Below are positions 39,764 through 51,726 of a DNA stretch of 64,000 bases, one piece after another. The DNA comes from Podarcis muralis (lineage: Eukaryota). A model generated the notes under the pieces. That model searched no databases, was not told where the DNA came from, and worked only from the letters and a program-made list of their open reading frames with translations. The DNA is taken from the NCBI RefSeq assembly GCF_964188315.1, contig NC_135667.1:20956001-21020000 (forward strand), written 5' to 3'. The translations under genes and the position numbers were made by a program. How positions within the stretch are numbered: the stretch's first letter is position 1; each line of letters starts with the position of its first letter.

Positions 39764-40366
39764 TTTATTTGTCTAATCCTATGTTGGAGCCATATTTCTG
39801 AGGAAATAACCGAAGGTCACTTCCAGGTGAGCTATTTATGGAGCATTCATCCCGATCTGTTTGCACAAAGACTGAGCATTCGCTCCGATTCCTTTGGAGG
39901 GAGATTATACAGCGTTGCATCAAGCAAGTTTTAATCCCACACTTTTGAGTGCATTTCCCCATCACCTTCCTTTTTGATTGGCGGAGCGGATGAGCTTCTT
40001 GAGAAAGAGCGTTAGCTCAACTTTAATCACGCAACCTGAATTTGCTGGTATGGGATTAAATCCCACCTGCAAAACAGCAACAGTCTGGAAGCTGCCTGAT
40101 TTCCCATTCATTTCTTTCTTACCTAGAAATGTAGATGCCTCACCTGGGGCTGCATACACACCACACATTTAAAGCATGAACACACATACACACCCCACAT
40201 CTCCTGGGAACTGTAGCTTGCTGAGGACTGTAGCTCTGCGAGGATAAAGCTACAGCTTAAATGTACGGTGTGCGTGCAGGCCTACTGAATTTGGCTGCTA
40301 TGGCCTTGGATCATTCTGTCATCATTTGGCATTTGGGAACTGATTTGTTAATGCGCCTTCGGTTGG

Positions 40367-40371
<5 letters not shown>

Positions 40372-40423
<52 letters not shown>
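40372..40423. repeat. (TC)n microsatellite
   Basis: Direct inspection. Confidence 0.95.
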
Positions 40424-40427
<4 letters not shown>

Positions 40428-41071
40428 TCAAACCTCCTGAATTTTTATTATTGTAACAACGGCTAGCTACCTTAAAGGTATTTTTTCTGGGATGGGAAGG
40501 CATGATCGTAATGGTCTAATAAACAGATGAGTGAATAAATAGCAGCCTTACTTGTAATCGTGTTAATGGCCCGCTAATCTCTGCTCTATTTTGTAATTAA
40601 TCAGAACCCCACCCTGAAATTTGCTGTGGGTTGTTCCACAAGTTGGGAAAGAACCTGGGTGTGTTTTGGTCAAAGTTCATTGCACAGGGTTCAGGTCAAG
40701 TTGCCACTAAATTGTCAAGAGAGAGAGCGAATCTTTCTCTTTTTTAGAAGGGTTGATATGTGGGTGAAAGTAAAAAAGGGAGGGTTAATAAACAAGATGG
40801 ACTGAATTTTCCAACTATGGTTCTGCACTCCCCTGAGTTGGAGGCTGATTTAGTCGGCATTTGACACTGACTGTCTCTCAATGCTTCTTGTTTCCATCAA
40901 GTTTGTGGTGTGCTGCTTTTAACAGTTGTGCAAAGCCAGAACGGACTGTGGCAATGAGTTGCAAAGGGGAGGAGGAGGATGTGGTCAGAAGCTTTGACGG
41001 CGGCGTTACTTCCCTCCCTGGGGAGAAAGGAGAAGCTGCTGTACCTCCTCTCCACCTGACCCAGATGTCCG

Positions 41072-44000
41072 ATGGAGCACCTTCAACGGCTGCTGGGGAC
41101 CCTGCAACGGGCTCTGGTAAAGGAACCCCCTTTTGTCGTCAGCCAAGCTGGGGTGGGCTCCAGGGCCCATGACTTACGTGGAGGGAGGTGGGTGCATCTG
41201 CTGGCTTGCTCAACAGACCGTCTGCATTCAGTGTCTCCCTTGCTCCACCCCATCTTCAGGATTATGTTTCGTCCTTCACCACTTACCTGCTTGGAGATGA
41301 AACTTACCCAGGAGCAGAAGAGTCAGGACATAGAAGGGATAGGAGCAGCCGAGGCAGCAGCCATGACGGGGAAGTGGAGACAGCACACTCTGGGTAATGA
41401 AGCTGCTGGCTGAGGTGGGAGTGGGGGAGCTATTTATGCTTGGAGCTTTCTACCTCTTGAGTGGAAGGGTCTCCACAGCAGCTGGATTCACCCTTTCCCC
41501 CTCTTCCCTGCAGGGACATTCCTCCAAGGAGACATCTGGAGGTCTTTGAAGGTTCGCTCACCGCAGAGGTAGGTGCTGGAAAAGAGGAGGCGGGGAAAGA
41601 GTCATTTAAGCTCCGCCTCTCCTTCACCATGGTCCTTCCTTTTTCAGATAACCCCAGCCAACCAGGAAATCCAGGCAGCATCAGAAGCAGCAGATCACGA
41701 TGCTCAGGCGACAGAGTCTGTTCACAAACCTTCCAAGTTCCCCAACAGATCTGAGGGACAGAAAAAGGCTGAGGAAAAGCTCTCAGGTGATGGAAAATTC
41801 TAGAATGTGCCAAAGTCACACTGTGGAGGGCCCGACGGGTGTTTCTAGGAGGCATGGGTTGCTACCTGGTTTGATTTAGCTTGGAGTCTCCATCTTAAAC
41901 ATAAATGTGTGGGAAGCGATTGTGGTTGCTCAGTCTTGAGGATAAAACCGTCTGCATATGAGCAGAGAAACCTCTATCTTTCCCATTGACACATTCCTGG
42001 GCTAATTTATGCCATTTGAATAAGGTTCCAGAACTGGGACTACTGACCCATGGCTCATCCTGGAAAGAGAAATCAATATATTTATATTGGGCACTCTGCA
42101 TGCACTGATGTTTCTCTGCTATTGTTTTTATTGATCGTGACCCTGAACGTTTAATGGTCCTGTACAACTTCAGATTTTTTGGTGCTTTGTTACTGGGGAT
42201 GATGTTTTATTCTAAGATCTTGCACGATGATGATGATGATAATTTGTTAGCCTTGTTGCAGTTTACAAGAAAGTACGATAATGAAAATATTTTACAATAA
42301 GAAAACATCCTTAATTTCTGGGTGGAACAATAATATAGGAATGTGTATATTTGTGGGGAGAAACCAATATCTTTAGGTTCTGGGGTGCTCAAATGCAGAG
42401 CTGAAGAGACCAAGATCTGTGTGAGCACAGTATGAGATTCATAGTGTAGGACCCAGGAAAGAGCCCCTTCAGCAGTAACTCCTAGTATTTGTAACTCCAT
42501 CATAACTGAGGCCATTAAGATTCCTCTTTTCTGGTGGGTGTTCAGAGGAGGAGAGACCTGAATGCTATTAGCAATTGTGATTCAGTGATAACTGCTACGT
42601 GTTTTTGAAAGATCCTGGTTCATCAGTTGTATGCATTTTTATCTATTTGCTTTGTTGTAAGCTGCCCTGTGAACGCGGGTGGCGCTGTGGGTAAAAGCCT
42701 CAGCGCCTAGGGCTTGCCGATCGAAAGGTCGGAGGTTCGAATCCCCGCGGCGGGGTGTGCTCCCGTCGTTCGGTCCCAGCGCCTGCCAACCTAGCAGTTC
42801 GAAAGCACCCCCGGGTGCAAGTAGATAAATAGGGACCGCTTACTAGCGGGAAGGTAAACAGCGTTTCCGTGTGCGGCTCTGGCTCGCCAGAGCAGCGATG
42901 TCACGCTGGCCACGTGACCCGGAAGTGTCTTTGGACAGCGCTGGCCCCCGGCCTCTTGAGTGAGATGGGCGCACAACCCTAGAGTCTGTCAAGACTGGCC
43001 CGTACGGGCAGGGCTACCTTTACCTTTACCTTTTAAGCTGCCCTGTGGCTTTTGCAAAGGGAGCTATATAATTCAAATACATTATCCAAATACATAAATA
43101 CTGTAAATGTGACCTTCCTAATTTCTCCCCCACAGAGTCCTCTCAATTCCCAGCTGATGCTCCAAAGTCAAGCCCCACAGCAGCTGCGATCAGCAGCATT
43201 AGACAGAAAGATGTGGAGGGGCCAACTGCTACTGAGGGACTCCATCAGCTGGAGCTAGAAGGAACCAGCTGGATAGGAGGAGTTCAGCAGCAGGGGGCAC
43301 TAGAGGAAGAGGCAGATACAGAACAGCATCAGCATGGGGAAGCAGAGAAGCCCAAAGGCAAACAGCCAGAGGAACAAGGGCAGGGAGAAGAGACTTCAGA
43401 GGAGAGGGAGGAAAAACAAGTGGGAACTGTGTGGTATGACGGGATCCAGCAAACTGCACCAGATTGGGCACTATCTGTGGGAGAAGAGCAGAGAGGGATG
43501 GTGAGGGCTGTGGGGTTTCAGCTCACTGGGGGGGTGGAGGAGGAGGTCAAGATGGTGGAGAGACAGCAGCTAGAGGCTGAGAGACAACAGGAAAACGAAG
43601 CAGAGATGGAAAAGGACCTGCTGGAGGAAACCAATATGGTGGTTGCAAAGGAAGGAATTCCACAACCAGTGCCAGGCAGGGCAGAGAGTGAAGAAGACCA
43701 GGAGGAGATGCTCAGAGGAGAAGCTGAAGCTGGGAGAAGCCATCTGTGGGAGCCAAAAGAGGAAGTGGAAGGCACAAGAGAGACTGATTGTGGTCAGGAA
43801 AAGGAACTGGGAGAAACTTTCTGGTACAAGGGGATTCAGGAAAGGGTACCAGATTGGCCACAGTTTGTGGAGGTACAACAGCGAGGGCTGGAGGAGGCAA
43901 CCAAGATGGCAGAAGATGAGCAGCTGGAGGTTGAGCAGGAACACAAAGAAGATCCAGAGGCAGAAAGGCAGGAGGGAGAGACATGGGCTGTGGGATTTCA

Positions 44001-45020
44001 CCACAAGGGGCTGGAGAAGGAGGAAGAAGAGGTCAAGATGGCAAATGGTCAACAGCTGGAGGTCAAGCAGGAACAGGAAGAAGAACCAGAGGTGGAAGAG
44101 AACCTGCAGGAGGAGTTAGATATAGCCGAAGAAGAAGAAATTCAGCAAACAATGCTGGGCACTGCAGAAACTGAGGGAGGGCAGGAGGAGGAGCTAGACG
44201 AGGAAGAAGAGGCAGGGAGATGCCACCAGTGGGAGCCAAGGGAAACTGCTGTGCTTTTGGAAGGGCAGGATGGGGAGCCAAAGGGAATAGCAGAGAACAG
44301 GGGTGGTCGGTGGGAAGAAGTGGCAGGTGCAGAAGAGACAGAAGGGGTCCAGCAGAGGGAGGAAGAGGAACCTGTGAGAAAGGAGGCAGCAGCAGAAGAA
44401 GAAGTGGAACTTGCAGGAGAAGAATGGCTGGAGGAGAGTGATCAGGAGGGTGAATCAGAGAGGCTGGCAGAATCTAGTGGTCTTTTTGACAAAGAGGTGC
44501 TGGAAGCAGCTGGAGTCCAGACAAAGCAAACAGAAGAGATGGAAAGTGGCCGGCAGCAAGAACCCATGGTGTGCACTTCCTCCATCGCTGGGACGTTCCC
44601 AGTTAAGGTAAGCAAAACTAAAATAAAAATGGAGCATGATGGGAGTCAGGACTCTGGAGTTAACCAATTCACTTCTCCTGTGCAGGTCACGGCCCTGGAC
44701 ACAAGTCACCAAATGGAGCGGGTGCTGCTTCGCCGCAAGAGCTCTATCCGGCGGGCGCCCAGCACAAAGAGACAGCCAGTGGAGACCCAGCCAGAGACGA
44801 TAAGCGTAGCTGAGGAGGTTCCAGCTCAACCACAAACACCGCGCAGGCAGAACCCAAGGCTTTCTGGGTAAATATGAATATCCTATCACCACCAGCCCAG
44901 GAGTTAACCTCGGAGTTTTGCCTCACTCTGCTCATTCATTCTCTTTGCCTCCCCAGGTTTGGGCCTATGCACCCCAACATGATGGCTGAACTTCAGACCC
45001 GCCTGCGCAAGCCCCAGTGA
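41072..45020 (+). CDS. APOBR: APOBR-like (apolipoprotein B receptor orthologue) Glu-rich protein, 7 coding exons, ~696 aa
   Basis: Exons: 41072-41116, 41260-41393, 41514-41568, 41648-41786, 43136-44607, 44686-44867, 44957-45020; phases compatible. The N-terminus MEHLQRLLGTLQRAL|DYVSSFTTYLLGD resembles human MDFLRLYLPGLHQALRGALDSLGTFVSYLLGD, and the C-terminus GFGPMHPNMMAELQTRLRKPQ* resembles GFGLAHPGMMQELQARLGRPKPQ (recalled). Position head-to-head with CLN3 and tail-to-tail with IL27 is as in mammals. The small middle exons are less certain. Confidence 0.85.
42672..43033 (+). mobile_element. Full-length Sauria-type SINE with 14-bp TSD (taagctgccctgtg) in an APOBR intron
   Basis: tRNA-like head with B box GGTTCGAATCC and an (accttt)n tail. 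TSD at 42658-42671 and 43034-43047; CpGs are retained. Confidence 0.9.
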
Positions 45021-48007
45021 CCCAAGGGTTGATTTCTGCATTATATTTGAGCTTTCACTGGACGCAAAAGCCGCCTCTGGAAATCTAGGGGCAGTTTAGC
45101 ACTCATTTCCATGTTAATTGCTTTCGGGGTGGGGGATATCCATTTGCAACCCTGTTAATGCAGAAAATTGTGGGAGATGAGTGATGAAATTGGGGGTACT
45201 CTACCGGCATACAGTTCTCTCGTGCCATTTTCATGCGTGAATCATGGGGGGACAGAAGTGCGCAGGTGCGGAAAGGGTGGGGAAGCGGCCTCATGTCCAA
45301 TGACATTTGTTGTTGTATCACACCTCACCCACTGGTGTGAAAAAGAATTAGTGCAGCATGCCAGCGTATTGCTCGAAAAGCTACAGCAGTGTGAAAGCAA
45401 CGTTAGAAAACAGGGCAGGAGTGCTAGTGTTATAATCAGGAAAACCACCACAAAATTCTCATGTCTGAACTTACCCCTGTGATAGGCTAAGGCACAGGGT
45501 GTGTGTGTTGGGGGAGCAAGACTAGAAAATGGGGCTAATGATACCGGTTGCCATTCATATCAATGGCTCCTTCTACATTAGAGCATTGTAGCGCTGCTGA
45601 GGCACTGCTTTTCCACAATAATCTGGAAGTGGAATTAACACTCCACGTAATACTTCATATAGCTCTTTCCGCCCTAAAAATTCCTTCCTGCTCAATCCAT
45701 TAAGACAGGGATAGCCAACATGGTGCCCTCCAGATGTCAATGGATAACAGATCCTGTCCCCCTTGACCACTTGCTATGTTGGCTGGGTCAGATCGCATTT
45801 GTAATCCAGTAGCATGCAGTGGACATCACTGGCTACCCCTGTAAGAGTATCTATAGCAGAAGCTCTATCGAGGGTGCCACAACTTTCAAATGTGAGAGAG
45901 CCTTTTCGGTGGTTGTGTCCTCCCGACTTTTAAAATATTTTTTTGTAACTAAGTGAAGAGGATGTTTTTCTTTCTGGCTTTTAAACGATAGCTTTAGTTC
46001 ATTTAACTAAATTTAGTTAATGTAGTTCGTTTATTCACGTTTAATTGTTATTTCTACTTTTGTTTTTAGTTGCTGTTTTCACCGTCAGATGTGCAGTTTC
46101 TGGCTGGTTTAAAATGTCAAAATGTTGGTATTAAAAATTGTTTAATTGCACTGTTTTTTGCCGTGTTTCAAAAGCTTCCGTTGAGAGGTAGACAATAAAT
46201 CTTTCAAATGAATCAATAAATCCATGTCAGTGGTTGTCATACTGTTTCACAGGGAGCTTAAAGGCAGGTGAGCTAAAACGACTTGCCTGCTGCTGCCAGT
46301 CTTCCATTACAACATGCAGCTACTGGAGAGTTTGGTAGTGTACATTGTTCACCTAAGGCAACAGTGAGATACATTAGCCAGGCCAGTACCAGTCAGGAAC
46401 GGTGCATGCTCCCTAGAAAATACCCAGAATCCTCTGTAACAAACAGTTACACTCACTCCAGTTCTCTGAGCAGTGAGAAGCTCTGGGGGTTTGATTTCCT
46501 TTGGAAAGAGGTTACTGGAGTGACTTATTGATGCTTTGTAATAATTATGTTCATTTATACACGCACACAAAAATTTTAAGCCAAAGTTCACAGGGCGGTC
46601 CACAATATAAAAATACAAAATGAAAACACACAGTTTAATCTCGCCAAAAGATAGGCAGATGCTCCCACATCAGATCTTTGCCAGCAAACCACAATTTTAA
46701 GCCATTGTTTGTTGATGACTTATGCATGTTGGGTTGTTTTAACTAGGGCTTGGTGTTATGTGCAAACCTAGCACCCTTCCTTGACCATGGCTGCATGCTT
46801 TTTACCATCTTAAAATCCAGCTAGGTTCTTCTTTCCACCCCAATTTGGATTAAAGCTGGTTGAGGGGGGGATGTATCAAAATGCAATATTTCATTAAAAA
46901 CAACAGGATAGACACAGGAAAGATATGGATTGTGGCTAACATTGTGCATAGACTGCTTCCCAAAATAGCAGTGGGAGTGTAGTGGATGCAGAGGGAACAG
47001 CAATGTACACAGCCCATGTTTGTTTTGGCCACCCCACCCCAGACGCTCATTAATCACCAAACAAAAGAAGCTGAAAAACTAAACTGGAGAAACAAGCCAT
47101 GGTTTGTTTGACTGTTGGACAATTAATGGTTTGTGGTTTGTCAGAACAAACCATGGCTTGCCATTACGCGCAAACCAGTCAGTCTCTGGTTCAGACTGAT
47201 ATGCGTCCTTTGCACACAGATCCCATCAATCAAAAAAACAAACACAAGAGAGGTTCTTTCAGAGCTACTCCAAGGTTTATTGTTTGTTATTACTCTGCTT
47301 GTTAAGCTTGTACTCTTACCATCAGAACCAATGATCATGGAGCCTACAGAGACAAATTTCAGGTGAGAAACACTGTTTGAGCCAGAGTATACCTGATTTT
47401 ATTTAATTATCTATCACATTTATATCCCACCATTTTTCTCCAAATACATGGTTCTCTCCTTCCTCATTTAACCCCCCAAACAACCCTGTGAGGTAGGTTA
47501 GGCTGGGGGGCAATGACCGGCCTAAAGTCAGCTAGTGGGCTTCATGACAGAGTGGGGGGATTCAAACCTTGGTTGTCCACATGCTAGTCTGACATTTTAA
47601 CCACTACAGCACACTAGGAAAGATATAAATTTAAAAAATGTCCAGTAGCATCTTAGAGACCAACTAAGTTTGTTACTGGACAATTTTTTTATTTATTTTG
47701 ACTGTGTCAGACCAACACGGCTACCTACCTGAATAGGGAAGATATGTGAGTGGATTTCCTGACACAATCTTCCATAAAGCTGTGGTGAGTGTCACTGAAT
47801 TGGCTTGAAGTAGCAGTGTTGGGGGTAAACCGGTTTGGGGGGGGGGAGCCAATAATCTGGCATTTTCACAGTCAAAATTGCTCCCTATCCAAGCTGCTTA
47901 CAGTCTTGCTTGAGCAGTGATGAGCAGAAATATTGTGTCTGCCCCCCCCACGCCTCCAGAAAGGCAATTAGCAGTCTTGGGAGGGGGCCATTTACAGCCC
48001 AAGAATA

Positions 48008-48175
48008 CCGTATTTTTCTGCATATAAGATGCCCCCATGTATAAGACACCCCCTATTTTGGGGGACTCCAAATTAAGAAAACACCTCTCAGCACTACCCG
48101 TGTATAAGACAACCCCCAATTTTAAACCTAATTTTTTTTTAAAAAAAATCTAGACTTATACATGGAAAAATACGG
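48008..48175. mobile_element. Tc1/mariner MITE with TIR CCGTATTTTTC, TA TSD; partial copy at ~50333-50410
   Basis: ta|ccgtatttttc … gaaaaatacgg|ta. Confidence 0.75.
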
Positions 48176-48499
48176 TACTTCCCATAAAGCTGAATGCGGA
48201 AAGTGACAAATAGCATGTGGGATAGCATGAAACATTTATGCTCATGTAACCAGGAAAAAAAAATGTTTCACAATAAGGAAGCGGGTGGGTGGGGAGTGTT
48301 TTTTTCTGGTTTCCTTCTCAAAGTTACAACTCATTAATTTAGAAAGTGGCCTTCAAGAGCTCTATGGTGTTAGCACTGGTAATCTGCATTATCTAGATTT
48401 CTGTGGATTTGTTGTCTATCTACAGAAGGGGCGGACAATTCCAGGAGCAGAGTTTTTGATCCAAAGCCACCTCACAGGATAGGCAAATACCTTGAGGTA

Positions 48500-48730
48500 C
48501 AGTGGTACCTCGGGTTACATACGCTTCAGGTTACATACACTTCAGGTTACAGACTCTGCTAACCCAGAAATGGTGCTTCAGGTTAAGAACTTTGCTTCGG
48601 GATAAGAACAGAAATTGTGCTCCGGCAGCAGCAGGAGGCCCCATTAGCTAAAGTGCTTCAGGTTAAGAACAGTTTCAAGTTAAGAACAGACCTCCGGAAC
48701 AAATTAAGTACTTAACCCGAGGTACCACTG
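48500..48730. mobile_element. Same Tc1/mariner MITE
   Basis: ta|cagtggtacctcgggtt … aacccgaggtaccactg|ta. Confidence 0.88.
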
Positions 48731-49657
48731 TACTTCGTTTGCTTTGCATGAGCATGGTTATTGAATCAATAAATCCCATTTGCTTTGGCTGTTGATCAGG
48801 TGGTTTCACTCTCTCTGTTGACATTTTTTAGGCAGAGGATGAAAGGGATTATGTGGCCCACACCTTTTTAAAAGAGAGGGGTTTTTTACTGGGGAAACGG
48901 TGCAGAGAAGAGGATTAAACATTCCCAATTCCCCCCACCCCTTGAGGTTTTAATTTGCAATTGTAACAGAAAAAGAATACTAATAATATATGATTGGAAA
49001 AAGCAATCCATTGCCACACGACCTTGACACAATATTTCCTCAATCCAGGTTTAAGCGTATACATTTATATAGGGAGTCCAAATTTCCAAATAGGTGCCTG
49101 GATTAAATTGATGATTACAAACCATATGCTCGAACGTGGAAAGAGCAGTGAGATCTTCTAACCACTGGGTGATAGATGGTGGAATTTGTCTTTCCAGCTC
49201 TGCACTATAAGCTTCTTAGAACTCATCACAGAACCCACTTCTGTTGCCCATCTGTTAAGTCGAACACCGCCTGCTTCTGTCTCACTGCTCTGACCCAATC
49301 TTCCCCTCTCCTGCAGGCTGCAGCTGCTTTTAAGCTTTAAAAACAATGTTTGGAAATTTGGTTGTGCGTTTCCAAAATTGCACAAGGTTCAGGCCTTCTC
49401 TGAGGGAGCAACAATCAAATTATTACAGCCCGTTTTGTCAGCAAGTCTGCTACATCAAATGCATAAGGTGGATTGTAGAGCTGCGTTCTCTTGCGGGGGA
49501 GGGGAACTGCATTATTTTTGGCTCTTTGCCTGTCAGCAAATGTGGAAGATACAGGGACCCTGTACCTCCAGCTAGCTGGCATCTCTCCTACCAGATCACT
49601 CCATCACAGTAATAGGTTTTTTAAAAAGAAATCTGAGTGAAATGTCTCCTTCAGTTA

Positions 49658-49691
<34 letters not shown>
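49658..49691. repeat. (CA)n microsatellite
   Basis: Direct inspection. Confidence 0.95.
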
Positions 49692-49695
<4 letters not shown>

Positions 49696-50830
49696 TGCAC
49701 ATGCAACACTTAATTCCACAGCCCATAAACTGCGGAATTACCTCCCTGCCAAGCTGCATCGGGCGCCTTCATCAAGTGGTATAAAAATGATCGAAAATAA
49801 TTATCAACAATATGCAGAGAAGAGCAGCAAAATTTAAAACAAATATTTAATTACATAATCAGGATAGACTTGTTAAAATGAATAAAGTTTTGGCAAACCT
49901 CTAAAATACTATAGTGAGAGTGCTGTTATAGGCGAAAAAAATAGGGGGGTTGGTTTTTGCTGCCCAACTCCCCAAGGGACTGAGTCCCGTAGGTCCATGA
50001 TCAGTCAGAGATGGATAGATGGAGGCAAGATCCACAGAAAGTCAGGCAGATCTTTATTTTTCTGTTGCAACAGAGTTCCCTCCCCTCCTTACAAGGAGGT
50101 AGGAGAGACCCAGAACAATGGTGCACAAGCCCCTATAAAGACTTTTGAAATTGCCCACCCTGTAACCCAAGACCCCCCCCCCCCAAAAAAAACATCATAC
50201 ATACATCACATAGGAGGCGGACTCCAGCAGAATTCTGAGAGTGTTGCTTCTCTCCTGTCTGCCAGGATACCTGATAATGCCTTACTTGATTGCATTTTCT
50301 GGGTAGCCTGATCATTCCTTTGAGATGGTAAATACCATATTTTTCCGTGTATAACACACCCACATGTATATGACACCCCCTTTTTGGGGGGGCTCAAAAT
50401 TAAGAAAATAGGGGGAGATTGCCCAGAGTATGGTACTTTACTTCTTGAATCTCTTACACATATTGATGGTTTACTCAGCTTAACAGATACTTGCCTGACT
50501 GTATTTGCAGGGAGGTGTAAGCCAATACAGTCCAAAGACATTTGGAAAGCTTTTCCCATTTCCTTCTTCCTTGCAGAGAAATATTTGAGGTCAATTTGGA
50601 GAGAGTCAAAATGGCTTCAGGATTGCTCTCCTGTACTGTTTCAGACACGTGGTTTATACACTTATGTATGTGTTTGCTTTGTACATTTATGAACATTTGT
50701 TCTATATTTGAGACCTTAGAATTCTTATAACAGTGCCTAATGTTAATCATGAGGCAGAGCATTTGGTCCATCTAGATGTCTGTGTTCATAGAATCATAGA
50801 GTTGGAATGAACCCTGAGGCTCATCTAGTC

Positions 50831-51016
50831 CAGGGGTTGTCAACCTGGTCCCTACCGCCCACTAGTGGGCATTTCAGGATTCTAGGTGGGCGGTAGGGGG
50901 TTCTATGGCACAAGCTGAATCCTCCTTCCATCGAGCAGTGGTGGGCGGTAAGGATATTTTACCATCAAGAAAGATGTATTAGTGGGCGGTAGGTATAAAA
51001 AGGTTGATTACCCCTG
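50831..51016. mobile_element. hAT-type MITE, reverse copy of 7595-7776
   Basis: TSD atctagtc at 50823-50830 and (displaced by a SINE insertion) 51280-51287. Confidence 0.85.
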
Positions 51017-51020
51017 ATCT

Positions 51021-51270
51021 TCCTGCCAACCTAGCAGTTTGAAAGCATGTCAAAGGGCAAGTAGATAAATAGGTATCACTCCGGCGGGAAGGTAAACGGT
51101 GTTTCCATACGCTGCTCTGGTTCGCCAGAAGCGTCTCTGTCACGCTGGCTACATGACCCGGAAGCTGTCTGCGGACAAACGCCGGCTCCCTCAGCCACTA
51201 AAGCGAGATGAGCGCCGCAACCCCAGAGTCGTCCACGACTGGACCTAATGGTCAGGGGTCCCTTTACCTT
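51021..51270 (+). mobile_element. 5'-truncated Sauria-type SINE with 13-bp TSD ttacccctgatct
   Basis: Body matches 42780-43030; TSD at 51008-51020 and 51271-51283. Confidence 0.88.
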
Positions 51271-51726
51271 TTACCCCTGATCTAGTCCTACCTCCTATGC
51301 AGCTGGGGATCGAACCTGCAACCTTGGCATCATCAGCACCATGCTCTAACCAACTGAGTTTTATTGTTTGTCAGTGCCTCTTCGGTTCCTTGCACTGTTG
51401 GGAGCTCGCCACTTCCTCCTGCTCCTCCACTGCTGCATATGCCCCCCACCCTCTGCCCCCACCCCCTGCTGCAGCCACATGCACCCGGAGCGGCTGTGGC
51501 GAGGAGGCACAGTATTCTTTGCAGAGAAGCCACCATGTGATTTAAAAGTGTGGTGCATATGCTGCCCAGATCAGCAGAAAGCCGGCTGCCTAAGGCAGGT
51601 TTAGAATTGCCTGTCAAACATTCCTAGCTTTGCTTTCTCTTTCACTCTTTCTTATCTCTTTCCCAAGAAAAGCGCCTTTGCTGAACTGAAACAACAGTTT
51701 CCATAAATGGTCACAGCAGTGTTGGT

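Noticed and set aside
43213-44871. 552-aa ORF as a stand-alone single-exon gene
   Set aside because: Starts at GTG inside an exon, is in frame with acceptor 43136, contains a 78-nt intron and ends in a donor site; it is part of APOBR.
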